Shown piece by piece: positions 1 through 9,163 of a DNA stretch of 57,352 bases (the stretch's first letter is position 1; each line of letters begins with the position of its first letter). This DNA comes from Parcubacteria group bacterium Gr01-1014_29 (GTDB lineage: Bacteria > Patescibacteriota > Minisyncoccia > Ryanbacterales > 2-02-FULL-48-12). The notes under the pieces were generated by a model, which saw nothing but the letters and a program-made list of their open reading frames with translations, was not told where the DNA came from and made no database searches. The stretch covers positions 1 to 57,352 of the forward strand of contig VMFT01000003.1 of assembly GCA_007376195.1 (NCBI GenBank). The letters run 5' to 3'. The position numbers and the translations under genes are program-made.

Positions 1-221
1 TTTCTTCAACAATATTGAACCAAAAGAAAATCCCACTGGGTGTGGGATTGTTGGGCGTGGGTACGTTTATCCACAGTTGTGGAGTTTCGTAATTCACAGT
101 AACTTTCTCATTTGAACTCATAAATCCCCCCTTTGTTATTTGATAGATTTATACCATACTATCAATAAAAAAGCAAGGCCCGCTAAATAACGAGCAAACA
201 CATATGCGTCGCGTTCCAATA

Positions 222-1469
222 TCAAAACGGATTTTTCGCGCCTCGAACTTCAAAGTGTACATGGCATCCGGTAGAGCGGCCGGTACTGCCCACCGCGCCA
301 ATTGCCTGGCCTTGCGTCACATATTGGCCGGACGTTACCCAGTTTGCGCTATTGTGCGCGTACAATGTCTGCGTGCCGTTTGCGTGCGTAATGACAATAT
401 AGTTTCCATACCCCCCGTTCCATCCATATCTCTTGGAAACAATCACAGTACCGGGCGCAGACGCATATATGGGCGCCCCGCACGAAGCTGCCAAATCAAC
501 ACCATTAAAGCCGTGCAACCCTTGGGAACGCGCACCGTTAACGGGGCGCACGTAATAGCCGCCTGCGTCTTTCAACAGTCCTGTATTTACCACACTGCGG
601 CTTCCGGAAAAACGCGTTGGCGATGGAACGGACAATTCACCATCAGGAATAATCACTTCATCACCAACCGCAAGCGCTGTGTCAGCTGATACATTGTTGA
701 ACGCGAGGATTTCCTCCAGATTGCCTTTATACTTTTTTGCGATAGATTCTAGCGTATCTCCCTTTTTAACGGTGTGCTTTATACCCGATACCGGCAGAAT
801 CACAAGCACATCTCCCGGCGCAATGAGGTTGCTGCGGCTGATGTCATTTGCCCACAAAATGGTCTCGACCGACACGCCGAACATCCGCGCGATAACTGAA
901 AGGTTGTCGCCTTCGCGGACGGTATAGAGCGTGATGCGGTCTGTTTTTATCACGTCATCAACGTCCGCAATGCTCCCCAAAGGACCGGTTATCGGCATAA
1001 GCGTATTGTTGTCCACAATCGCAAGCGCCGCGCCCCCTCGGGCGGCTTTTCCTGCCGCAACATTCACCGGCGCATCCAAAAGCGGCATGGTGTGAAGCGA
1101 TGTCAGCAAACTATTTTGAAGCTCAACTCCGCCGTTTTCGCCCGCCTCGGCGCCGAAGAGGGACCCGAGAAATGAAAACAGTCCCGCATTCGCCTGCATA
1201 GGCAGGAACATCAATGCAACAAGCGCCGTTACTGCAAAGAGAGCGGCTTTTTTAAGCACATACCGCGTAATGTGAAACGGGGACCGCGGCGGTGGGGGCG
1301 GTTGTAGTTTAGTACTAATAGAAGCAAATCTAATGGTAATGGAAGAACGGGAAACCCTTGTAAAATAAGGACTTTTTCTGCCACGCGGGGATATGTTACC
1401 AGCACATCCTATGGTAGCATGGGAGGATAGAGAGAGACAACCGGCTTTGTCCACAAGTATACATATCAA
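222..1469 (-). CDS. LysM-repeat / M23 family metallopeptidase (peptidoglycan hydrolase), membrane anchored
   Basis: Two LysM-like segments (YTVREGDNLSVIARMFGVSVETILWANDI; HTVKKGDTLESIAKKYKGNLEEILAFNNV) precede a C-terminal M23 core (YGNYIVITHANGTQTLYAH, GSTGRSTGCHVHFEVR). Start is uncertain: the ATG at 1469 leaves only 8 nt to divergent pcrA. An in-frame GTG near 1260, just before the hydrophobic anchor KKAALFAVTALVALMFL, is an alternative. Confidence 0.85.
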   Translation of the reverse strand: MICILVDKAGCLSLSSHATIGCAGNISPRGRKSPYFTRVSRSSITIRFASISTKLQPPPPPRSPFHITRYVLKKAALFAVTALVALMFLPMQANAGLFSFLGSLFGAEAGENGGVELQNSLLTSLHTMPLLDAPVNVAAGKAARGGAALAIVDNNTLMPITGPLGSIADVDDVIKTDRITLYTVREGDNLSVIARMFGVSVETILWANDISRSNLIAPGDVLVILPVSGIKHTVKKGDTLESIAKKYKGNLEEILAFNNVSADTALAVGDEVIIPDGELSVPSPTRFSGSRSVVNTGLLKDAGGYYVRPVNGARSQGLHGFNGVDLAASCGAPIYASAPGTVIVSKRYGWNGGYGNYIVITHANGTQTLYAHNSANWVTSGQYVTQGQAIGAVGSTGRSTGCHVHFEVRGAKNPF

Positions 1470-1477
1470 GAATTCAG

Positions 1478-3385
1478 ATGGCTGACATCCTAAAAAACCT
1501 CAACCCTGCGCAACGCGATGCCGTCACCACAACAAACGGCGCGCTGTTGGTAATTGCGGGGGCGGGTTCCGGCAAAACGCGCGTACTGGTACACCGCATT
1601 GCCTATCTTATCTCATCCGGCGCGCGTCCGGATCAAATACTTGCCGTTACATTCACCAACAAAGCGGCGGGGGAGATGAAAGAACGCGTCACAGGATTAC
1701 TTGATGGTACGCAAGGTATGCCATTTGTCTCCACCTTCCATGCGCTCGGCGTCTATCTTTTGCGAAGAGACGGACACCGCATCGGGATCCCTCGTTCATT
1801 TACCATTCTTGATGAAGACGATGCGCTCTCGGTGGTGCGGCGCATCATCAAAGAACGAGGGCTTGATCCCAAACAATTCCAGCCTGCCCGTGTGCGGCAC
1901 ATTGTTTCTTTTCTAAAAAATAAACCGTTTGCCGCGCCCTCAGCCAACGAGCAGGAGGAGGAACATGCATACCCGCGGGAAATCATGGAAATCGCCCTCT
2001 GCTATACTGAAGAGCTCGCGAGTGCGCGCGCGCTTGATTTTGACGACCTTCTCCTTCGCACTGTGGAACTTTTTCGCGCGCATCCGGACATCCTTGAAAA
2101 ATGGCAACACCAATGGCGCTACATCATGATTGACGAGTATCAAGACACCAACCGGATTCAATATCTCCTTTCAAAACTGCTTGCGGGGAAAACCGGCAAT
2201 ATTATGGTTGTCGGCGACGTTGACCAGGCAATTTACAGCTGGCGGGGAGCAGATTTCCGGAATATCCTTTTATTCGAGCGCGACTGGCCCAACACAAAAG
2301 TCATCACGCTTGAGCAAAACTACCGATCAACAAACGTCATTCTGGAAGCGGCAAATATGGTTATCCGGAAAAATAAGGAACGCAAGGAAAAGACCCTCTG
2401 GACTGACCGGCACGAAGGCCCGCCGCTCTCGCTTGCCGTTGCCCAAGACGAACGCCACGAAGCGCGCTTGGTAACAAAAGAAATACAATGCCTACAGCGC
2501 TCGGGCGAGAAGCTTCGTGAAATTGCCGTGCTCTATCGCACCAACGCGCAGTCCCGTGTTTTGGAAGAAGAATGTATGCGCCGCACTATTCCTTATCGTC
2601 TGGTGGGTGGTGTGCGGTTTTATGAGCGCCGAGAAATCAAAGATATTCTTGCCTACCTGCGGCTTGCCGCGAACACAAACGACCATGTAAGTCTCCGCCG
2701 CGTATTTAATACGCCGCCGCGCGGCATTGGAAGCGTCCTTGCGGAAAAATACTTCGCCGGAACATCGCTTTCCGAACGCGAACGAGGCCGTATTGAGCAG
2801 TTTTGGAACACAATCCGCCATTTAGAAACAATCTATCACGCGGACTCTCCCAGTAATCTGGTGCGATCCGTAATTGCAAAAAGCGGCTACGAAGACTACA
2901 TCCGCGACGGCACACCGGAAGGCGAAGACCGCTGGGCGAACATCCAAGAACTTCTTACCGTAACAAGTGTTCATGATGCCTCACCCCCGCCGCAGGGAAC
3001 CGACACTTTTTTGGAAGAAGCCGTACTGCTGTCAGACGCGGATTTGGTTGATAAGTCGGCTGATGCCGTTCATCTTATGACGATACATGCGGCAAAAGGG
3101 CTGGAGTTTGACAATGTATTTGTAACCGGTCTTGAAGAAGGCATATTTCCGCACAGCTTAAGCCTGCACGACCCGGCGCAAATGGAAGAAGAGCGCCGGC
3201 TTTGTTATGTTGCCTTAACGCGCGCCCGCACGCGTCTTTATATTAGTACCGCACAAACTCGCACCCTGTATGGCGAAATACTTTGGAACGAGCCGTCTCG
3301 ATTCCTTAAGGATATACCTGACCACCTGCTTGCCACGCACACAAAACTTCATGAGGATGAAGAAAATATTCTCCGCTACGAGTAA
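1478..3385 (+). CDS. pcrA: UvrD/PcrA-type ATP-dependent DNA helicase
   Basis: Walker A AGAGSGKTRVLVHRIAYL, DEYQDTN box, VGDVDQAIYSWRGA, and C-terminal LCYVALTRAR motif typical of superfamily 1A UvrD/Rep/PcrA helicases. Confidence 0.92.
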   Translation: MADILKNLNPAQRDAVTTTNGALLVIAGAGSGKTRVLVHRIAYLISSGARPDQILAVTFTNKAAGEMKERVTGLLDGTQGMPFVSTFHALGVYLLRRDGHRIGIPRSFTILDEDDALSVVRRIIKERGLDPKQFQPARVRHIVSFLKNKPFAAPSANEQEEEHAYPREIMEIALCYTEELASARALDFDDLLLRTVELFRAHPDILEKWQHQWRYIMIDEYQDTNRIQYLLSKLLAGKTGNIMVVGDVDQAIYSWRGADFRNILLFERDWPNTKVITLEQNYRSTNVILEAANMVIRKNKERKEKTLWTDRHEGPPLSLAVAQDERHEARLVTKEIQCLQRSGEKLREIAVLYRTNAQSRVLEEECMRRTIPYRLVGGVRFYERREIKDILAYLRLAANTNDHVSLRRVFNTPPRGIGSVLAEKYFAGTSLSERERGRIEQFWNTIRHLETIYHADSPSNLVRSVIAKSGYEDYIRDGTPEGEDRWANIQELLTVTSVHDASPPPQGTDTFLEEAVLLSDADLVDKSADAVHLMTIHAAKGLEFDNVFVTGLEEGIFPHSLSLHDPAQMEEERRLCYVALTRARTRLYISTAQTRTLYGEILWNEPSRFLKDIPDHLLATHTKLHEDEENILRYE

Positions 3386-3396
3386 AAATAATAATT

Positions 3397-4191
3397 ATGG
3401 GTAAACATCTCGGTCAACATTTTCTTACTTCTCCGGTAATTGCGCGGCGGATTGTTGATGTTGCCAACATCCTGCCGAATGATATTGTTTTGGAGGTAGG
3501 CCCGGGGAAGGGGATGCTGACACAGTTTTTGGTTGAGAAGGCAAAATTAGTGATTGCTGTAGAGAAAGACAAGCAACTTGTTCAGTATCTCCGAGAAAAA
3601 TTTAAAGATACGAAAAATCTTAAAATCGTATATGGTGATATCCTTAAAATCCCCCTTAATCCCCCTTTTTCAAAGGGGGAACTCCTCCCTTTGAAAAAGG
3701 GAGGTTGGGAGGGATTTTTTGATTCAAATTTCAAGATTGTTGCCAACTTACCATACTACATTACTTCGCATTTCTTACGGTTATTTCTGGAAACAAATGA
3801 GCTTCGCCCGCAATCCATGACGCTGATGGTTCAAAAAGAGGTTGCAGAGCGAATATGCGCAAAACCGCCGCATATGAACATGCTTGCACTCTCGGTGCAA
3901 ACATTTGGAGTGCCGAAAATCATCTTCAAGGTATCAAAAAACAACTTCGCGCCGCCGCCAGAAGTAGATTCAGCAGTTATTGCGATAGAAAACATATCAG
4001 ACGTCTTTTTTAAAAAGCACAACATTTCGCCGCAACAATTCTTCAAGCTCCCTAAAAAAGCCTTTTCCCAAAAGCGTAAAATGCTCCGCTCCTCTCTCAA
4101 ACTGACTAGACACCGAGTGTCTAGTCAGTTTGAGATGATACGGCCGCAGGAGTTGTCGTTGGAGGATTGGGCTTTTTTATGTCCGGATTAA
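3397..4191 (+). CDS. rsmA: 16S rRNA (adenine1518/1519-N6)-dimethyltransferase RsmA/KsgA, carrying an in-frame repeat insertion and a rebuilt 3' end
   Basis: GQHFL start motif, SAM site VLEVGPGKGMLT, VANLPYYITS motif. Residues IPLNPPFSKGELLPLKKGGWEGFF are encoded by palindromic repeat family A. The last 30 codons contain palindrome D and a duplicated C-terminal segment. Confidence 0.9.
   Translation: MGKHLGQHFLTSPVIARRIVDVANILPNDIVLEVGPGKGMLTQFLVEKAKLVIAVEKDKQLVQYLREKFKDTKNLKIVYGDILKIPLNPPFSKGELLPLKKGGWEGFFDSNFKIVANLPYYITSHFLRLFLETNELRPQSMTLMVQKEVAERICAKPPHMNMLALSVQTFGVPKIIFKVSKNNFAPPPEVDSAVIAIENISDVFFKKHNISPQQFFKLPKKAFSQKRKMLRSSLKLTRHRVSSQFEMIRPQELSLEDWAFLCPD
3646..3718. repeat. Palindromic repeat family A, copy 1 (inside rsmA, translated in frame)
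   Basis: AAAATCCCCCTTAATCCCCCTTTTTCAAAGGGGGA..TCCCTTTGAAAAAGGGAGGTTGGGAGGGATTTT. The imperfect inverted arms are related to copies at 11899, 15934 and 33585. Confidence 0.85.
4098..4132. repeat. Palindrome family D copy 1 (16 bp stem, CGA loop), inside the rsmA 3' coding region
   Basis: CAAACTGACTAGACAC-CGA-GTGTCTAGTCAGTTTG. Near-identical copies lie at 5027-5059 and 28339-28373. Confidence 0.9.
4141..4174 (+). repeat. Direct repeat (left copy) flanking the toxin-antitoxin-like cassette; encodes the RsmA C-terminus RPQELSLEDWAF
   Basis: CGGCCGCAGGAGTTGTCGTTGGAGGATTGGGCTT versus 4976-5009 CGGCCGCAGGAGCTGGCGCTGGAGGATTGGGCTT (31/34 by eye). Confidence 0.85.
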
Positions 4192-4685
4192 AGTAATATA
4201 CTGCCTTTTAGCTCCCGCGCGCGATCAGAAAAAAAAGCTTTTAATTCTTCGATTGAAACCGGCTGTATCATGCGAGGCAAACCCGCTATGCGGCGCGCTT
4301 TATTAGCAGAAACATCCGAGAAGCTGTCAATATGCACTTCGTTTATAATCGTTGGCGCCTCAAGCTGTGGAAACGGATATTTTGTAAATTCAATTTTTAA
4401 TGCACCGAATTCACCAAGAAATTCAAACATATTTCTGTCATAAAGCCGTTGAAAATGAACCGTATGGGCTTTAAGATACTGTTTTAACCGCTCTCCAAAT
4501 TCATGAAGAAAAACAATATCAGGCGCCTCGGGCGTAAAAAAATCCAGATCATCAGAAAGACGATGATAAAGATAATAAGCCGCGAGCGCGGTGCCTCCGC
4601 TTAGATAATATGACGATAAGCGCTGTTCATGCGCTATAAATGAAATAGCCGCTTTTTGCGGGTCCGTTAAAATTTCTTGTTCCAT
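4188..4685 (-). CDS. Nucleotidyltransferase AbiEii/AbiGii-like toxin family protein (short form)
   Basis: GGTALAAYYLYHRLSDDLDFF matches the GGTAL..HR.S.DLDF signature of the DUF1814/AbiEii nucleotidyltransferase family. At 165 aa it is shorter than typical members. Confidence 0.65.
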   Translation of the reverse strand: MEQEILTDPQKAAISFIAHEQRLSSYYLSGGTALAAYYLYHRLSDDLDFFTPEAPDIVFLHEFGERLKQYLKAHTVHFQRLYDRNMFEFLGEFGALKIEFTKYPFPQLEAPTIINEVHIDSFSDVSANKARRIAGLPRMIQPVSIEELKAFFSDRARELKGSILL

Positions 4686-4909
4686 ACAAGTAACTCAAGA
4701 AATGCGCGGCGGTCTTCAGGAATATGAAGCTTAGGCAAGTAATCTTGCAATGTTTTCCTGTTAAGTTTCTGGTTCCCTAGTCCATAGAGAATAAGCCGTT
4801 CCAAGTGCCATACCGGATCAGCTTGTTGCTGTTTTTGATATTCTTCTGTTGGATAATCCCAATTATGCATAGTTACAGCATACCATGCATATGTTAGTTT
4901 TGAAAACAT
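4667..4909 (-). CDS. Hypothetical small protein, upstream partner of the AbiEii-like gene (possible antitoxin)
   Basis: Overlaps the downstream gene by 19 nt (operon-like). I can name no motif. The start may be the internal MHNWDYP. Confidence 0.4.
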   Translation of the reverse strand: MFSKLTYAWYAVTMHNWDYPTEEYQKQQQADPVWHLERLILYGLGNQKLNRKTLQDYLPKLHIPEDRRAFLELLVWNKKF

Positions 4910-4975
4910 ACTGTTTCCATGTCGTCAATGCGTATACATTCGGAAGTCCGACTTCCGAATGTGTTAGCGACAAAG

Positions 4976-5009
4976 CGGCCGCAGGAGCTGGCGCTGGAGG
5001 ATTGGGCTT
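4976..5009 (+). repeat. Direct repeat (right copy); relic of an RsmA C-terminus (KRPQELALEDWASVAK-stop)
   Basis: Same 34 nt as 4141-4174 with 3 mismatches. It is followed by a stop codon and palindrome D copy 2. Confidence 0.85.
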
Positions 5010-5026
5010 CTGTAGCCAAATAATAA

Positions 5027-5059
5027 CAACTGACTAGACACCGAGTGTCTAGTCAGTTG
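5027..5059. repeat. Palindrome family D copy 2
   Basis: CAACTGACTAGACAC-CGA-GTGTCTAGTCAGTTG. Confidence 0.9.
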
Positions 5060-5145
5060 AATAGAAAATGATTATGAGCCTATCTCAAAAATAGTTCTTT
5101 TTATGACAGCTCGCACGCTGACGCCAAGCGAGCCGATAGGGGCTC

Positions 5146-6819
5146 ATGTTGTGTTATACAAGACTGGGAGTTTTTTTTCTTTTTCACTACCTGTACAATA
5201 CCTATGTGCTTTTTATATTTATATTTGTATCTGGTTTTTTCGCATACTTAGCGTATCCGCCAGCAAAACTTTCTGTTGCCGCTTTTTTCTTTCTCATTCC
5301 TTTGTTTTTATTCCTTCGATGCAAACTTGGAAAGAGAGAAACGTTCCTTGGAGGATTTGCGGCTGGAACGTTCTTTAGCGGTTTTGCTCTCCGCTGGCTA
5401 TTCTTTATGATTCCTGTTGACTGGCTTGGCCTTCCAGAAAGCATGACTGTTGTATGGCTCATGTTCTTTTGGGGAAGTATTGTGTGTATAATTGGCTGCT
5501 TCTGGGGACTATTTGCCATCTTCGCTCAAAAACACATCCAAAACATTCATTGGCATTCCTTTATCATAATTCCGTCGCTCTGGGTTCTTGCAGAATATCT
5601 TTGGACGCTAACCATAACTCTTTTTTGGAACGGTGGTGGTAGTATTCTTGGCGTTCATTGGCAGTACGGCGCAGTTGCAGATATGCTCGCCGCAATTCCA
5701 ATAATACTCCCTATTACGCGCCTTGGTGGACCATTTTTTGGGAGCTTTTTTGTCGTTTTTATAAACCTTACCCTCTTTCTTGCGCTGTGCACAATTCCAT
5801 CAATTTCACCGAACACCTCAAAAAAAACAGTTCGTCTTCTTGCTATAGCGCTTATTGCTATCATAACACTGTTGATTAGCGCTTACGCGCCATTTGTTTT
5901 TCAAAAAGAGTCGTCTACTCCGCTTCGTGTAGCGCTTGTACAAACATCTATACCGCCGTCACCATTTGGGAAAACACTCATGGACTCTACCACTTGGGAA
6001 CACTATCACACCGCAATACGAAACGCGGCCGCCGACAAGCCAGATGTTATTGTGCTTCCCGAAACAAGAGGCTTTTTTCACAAAGAGCCATTGGTGGCGC
6101 CATCTATTGCCAGCTCTCTTGGCGCACTTGCAGAGCATTCGCTGCTTATTATAGATTCGGGATTTGCTTCTGTTAACGGAGCTGCGCGCTTACAAACCTT
6201 TTATGTAGATGCCCGCGAAGGACCCGTAGCTGTATATTATAAAAACCTTCTGGTCCCCATCGGAGAACATCTGCCTACCATTATAAAACTGGTTGCCGCA
6301 ATCTTTCCTGAATCAACTGCTCCGCTCAACATGCTAGATACTGCTACGGGGAGAGAGCCGGCAAAACCCGCGCCTCACAGTGTTTCATGGAATGGCGTTT
6401 CATTTGGCACATTGGCCTGTTCCGGCATTTTTTCATCCATACTCTACCGAAATCTTGTCCGTGAGGGCGCGAACATCCTTATCAACAGCGCAAGTCATGC
6501 TGTATTTAGACAAAACAAACAATTATCAGCCCAAATAGAAGCAAAAGGCGCCGTGCAAGCGGCATCTCTCATGCGTCCGTTTCTGCAAACAGCAAACGGG
6601 GGGGCCTTATTTGTTATTGCAAAAGATGGCAGAAAAATAGTGTACAAAGAACCGATATCATCCGGATCTTTTTCTTACACTAGTATCGAAATCTCGCCCT
6701 CGTATATATCCACGCCTTTTAAGTGGTTTGGTAATTGGATTGTGTGGGCGAGCGCACTCATATATGGCGGTTATTTGTTATCCACACAAAAGCAACTCAT
6801 GAGAACGCGGGAATCATGA
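5146..6819 (+). CDS. lnt: Apolipoprotein N-acyltransferase-like protein (polytopic N-terminus + CN-hydrolase domain)
   Basis: About 7 N-terminal TM helices are followed by a nitrilase-superfamily domain. Its elements are VALVQTSIPP, DVIVLPET (Glu), YYKNLLVPIGEHLP (Lys, Lnt-like Y.K..LVPFGE) and FGTLACSGIF (Cys). Exact start uncertain. Confidence 0.7.
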   Translation: MLCYTRLGVFFLFHYLYNTYVLFIFIFVSGFFAYLAYPPAKLSVAAFFFLIPLFLFLRCKLGKRETFLGGFAAGTFFSGFALRWLFFMIPVDWLGLPESMTVVWLMFFWGSIVCIIGCFWGLFAIFAQKHIQNIHWHSFIIIPSLWVLAEYLWTLTITLFWNGGGSILGVHWQYGAVADMLAAIPIILPITRLGGPFFGSFFVVFINLTLFLALCTIPSISPNTSKKTVRLLAIALIAIITLLISAYAPFVFQKESSTPLRVALVQTSIPPSPFGKTLMDSTTWEHYHTAIRNAAADKPDVIVLPETRGFFHKEPLVAPSIASSLGALAEHSLLIIDSGFASVNGAARLQTFYVDAREGPVAVYYKNLLVPIGEHLPTIIKLVAAIFPESTAPLNMLDTATGREPAKPAPHSVSWNGVSFGTLACSGIFSSILYRNLVREGANILINSASHAVFRQNKQLSAQIEAKGAVQAASLMRPFLQTANGGALFVIAKDGRKIVYKEPISSGSFSYTSIEISPSYISTPFKWFGNWIVWASALIYGGYLLSTQKQLMRTRES

Positions 6820-6857
6820 TATAGTAAAGGCATTGTTAAGCAAGTAGCAGTACTGTT

Positions 6858-7832
6858 TTGCGGTACCTTCCCAGTAAAAAATTTTTAAGCGGTTTTTTGG
6901 CGATAGTAACAATCGCTAGTTTGTGGTTTTTGTATTCCCGCGGAATTAATGAAAATACGTCTCCCGCGCTTTCGCGTACTCCTGAAGAGGATGCCCGTCG
7001 CAAACAACTCGAAAGCATTACCAAGGACTCTGATAATGACGGCTTGCGGGACTGGGAAGAGGTGTTATGGAAAACCGACCCCGCAAACCCTGACACAGAC
7101 GCAGACGGGACAAAAGACGGCGATGAAACACTGATAAATCGCGACCCATTGCTTGCAGGACCTACTGATGTGTTACAACCCGCCCCCACCGCAACATCCT
7201 CTCCCGAAACCGCAACGACCAAGTTTTTTGACTCTATTACGCGAGAACTGGCAGAACGCTATGTCACGGGAACACTTTCCTCTGATACGAGTGATGTTCA
7301 AGAGTCGGCTGCGGCATATATTGCCACGGCGACTCTTGGGGAAGTTGACCTCTATACTATTGAAGATCTGCGCATTATGCAAAACCCGACGGATAAAGAA
7401 ATTAAGCAATATGTTTTGGACGCAAGCGATGCCATAAAAGAGGTCTTTGCCGCCACATTTCAAAATCAAGTTCTCGTTCTTGCTTTTGTGGACGAGGATG
7501 CAAAAAAACGGGATGAAACGCTGTGGCCTATTATTTATGCCTACGACGACGCTGAAAACGCATTGAAAGAAAAAAATGTACCACAACAATATGCCGCAGA
7601 CCATCTTTTGCTGATGAACGCCGTAAAGAAAGGAAAAGAATCTATTATTGCAATGCGGAGAATTGACATTGACCCCGTCCTTGCACTTGTTGGCATGAAT
7701 CAGTTTGCCGTAGCTACACGACAACTAGTAACCGCCATTCAAAACACCCAAACAACGCTTTCACGAAATGGTATAGCGTTCTCTGGTGACGAGCTTGCAA
7801 CGCTTATGAATAATGTGCGAATCAATCAGTAA
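6858..7832 (+). CDS. Membrane-anchored hypothetical protein with acidic Ca-binding-like DxDxDG motifs (first gene of T4SS-like locus)
   Basis: N-terminal TM FLSGFLAIVTIASLWFLY; DSDNDGLRDWEE and NPDTDADGTKDGDE resemble thrombospondin type 3-like repeats. Confidence 0.55.
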   Translation: MRYLPSKKFLSGFLAIVTIASLWFLYSRGINENTSPALSRTPEEDARRKQLESITKDSDNDGLRDWEEVLWKTDPANPDTDADGTKDGDETLINRDPLLAGPTDVLQPAPTATSSPETATTKFFDSITRELAERYVTGTLSSDTSDVQESAAAYIATATLGEVDLYTIEDLRIMQNPTDKEIKQYVLDASDAIKEVFAATFQNQVLVLAFVDEDAKKRDETLWPIIYAYDDAENALKEKNVPQQYAADHLLLMNAVKKGKESIIAMRRIDIDPVLALVGMNQFAVATRQLVTAIQNTQTTLSRNGIAFSGDELATLMNNVRINQ

Positions 7833-9151
7833 TGACTGCCTTTCACAAAAAAATAGCGGCTGTAGTTCTCATGTTCTTCATACTATGCGCATCGTCATAT
7901 GCGCCGTGGAGCGTTCCGCGCGCACAGGCACTCGCATCTGGATCGATTGTGATAGATATAGAACAATATATAAAGGAATACATTCTTGATATTTTGGCAA
8001 AAGCTTTTCTTAAAAGACTCGCGCGGCAAATGGTTAATGAAACAAAAGAATGGCTTCGATCGGGGGACGCGTTCCGCGGCGGGGAACCCCTTTTTATAAC
8101 AAACTTCAATCAATACCTCTTTGACGCCGCTGATGTCGCGGCAAACGACTTCCTTGCCGAATTGTTTGGGGCAAAAACGTGGAACGCGCTCTGCAGACCA
8201 TTTCGCCTGCCGGTAGGCTTGGGCTTAAGCCAGAGCTACGGGCGTGGCTTCGGGAGTTTTAGGTATAAAGCGCGCTGCAGTATAACGGATATCGTGGGCA
8301 ACTTGGAGAATTTTTACTACAATTTCCAAAATGGCGGCTGGCAAGCTTGGGTTGCCAGCAGCCGGTACGAAAACAACATCTTTGGCCTGCTTACGATTAC
8401 GCGGGAGGAATCGCGTGAGCGGGAGCGTCTTGCCGCAAGAGAAAATAGGTATGATTTCGAGACGGGTTCCGGCTTTATCGCAAGTCAAATTTGCGTAGAC
8501 AGCATAACTATTGAAATAGAAAGCGACGTGACAAACAAGGTTGAATCAACCAAAAAAATCTGCAACAGAACCCTTAAAGAAACAATCGGATCTGTGGTGA
8601 AATCAAACCTAGATAGCGAGTTTGCGCGGGATTGGCTGGGACTTGAAATCGCAGATGAATTTCAGGAAATTATTTTTGCGGCGATAGACGGTCTACTCTC
8701 CATGGCAATTCAAGGACCCGGCGGGTTGTACAGAAAGCGTCCTCATTTTAACGCGACCGAGAGCAGACCCGTATACAAACCGTTCAGCAAAAACCCTACT
8801 TCATGGCGTTGTGCGGTTGACCACGGCGGGGGGGGAGCGAGCGCAAGTGGCGGCGGAACTAACCCGGATGGAAGCACCACGGGCGGATCTGCAAGCGTTA
8901 ATATCAGAATCGTCGGTTTCGACGATTGTAAAGCCGGGCCAAGCGGTCCTTTGCCCTACGACATACCACCCGACCCATCTATTGATTCTCCCGGTGGATC
9001 ATTTACCCAATGCAACGACGGCATAGACAACGACGGCGATAGTCTCATTGATCTTGCCGATTCGGATTGCACAAATGCTTCGGATCCAACCGAGGGTGAC
9101 GAACCCCCACCCCCACCCCCACCTACCCCACCTACGCCGCCTGGTCCATAA
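7832..9151 (+). CDS. Secreted hypothetical protein, Cys/Asp-rich C-terminal module and poly-Pro tail
   Basis: Signal-like N-terminus; CNDGIDNDGDSLIDLADSDC followed by EPPPPPPPTPPTPPGP. The start overlaps the stop of the preceding gene (ATGA). Confidence 0.55.
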   Translation: MTAFHKKIAAVVLMFFILCASSYAPWSVPRAQALASGSIVIDIEQYIKEYILDILAKAFLKRLARQMVNETKEWLRSGDAFRGGEPLFITNFNQYLFDAADVAANDFLAELFGAKTWNALCRPFRLPVGLGLSQSYGRGFGSFRYKARCSITDIVGNLENFYYNFQNGGWQAWVASSRYENNIFGLLTITREESRERERLAARENRYDFETGSGFIASQICVDSITIEIESDVTNKVESTKKICNRTLKETIGSVVKSNLDSEFARDWLGLEIADEFQEIIFAAIDGLLSMAIQGPGGLYRKRPHFNATESRPVYKPFSKNPTSWRCAVDHGGGGASASGGGTNPDGSTTGGSASVNIRIVGFDDCKAGPSGPLPYDIPPDPSIDSPGGSFTQCNDGIDNDGDSLIDLADSDCTNASDPTEGDEPPPPPPPTPPTPPGP

Positions 9152-9163
9152 AAACAAACGAGA

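Noticed and set aside
1-121. A partial minus-strand ORF starting at about 121 (MSSNEKVTVNYETPQLW...) with an upstream GGGGGG-rich putative SD.
   Set aside because: Its first 15 codons and the putative SD coincide with TIR-like (GTTACTGTGAATTACGAAA) and family A-like (AAATCCCCCC) repeat sequence. A hairpin AATCCCAC/GTGGGATT and a DnaA-box-like 9-mer also lie inside it. Coding status cannot be judged from 120 nt.
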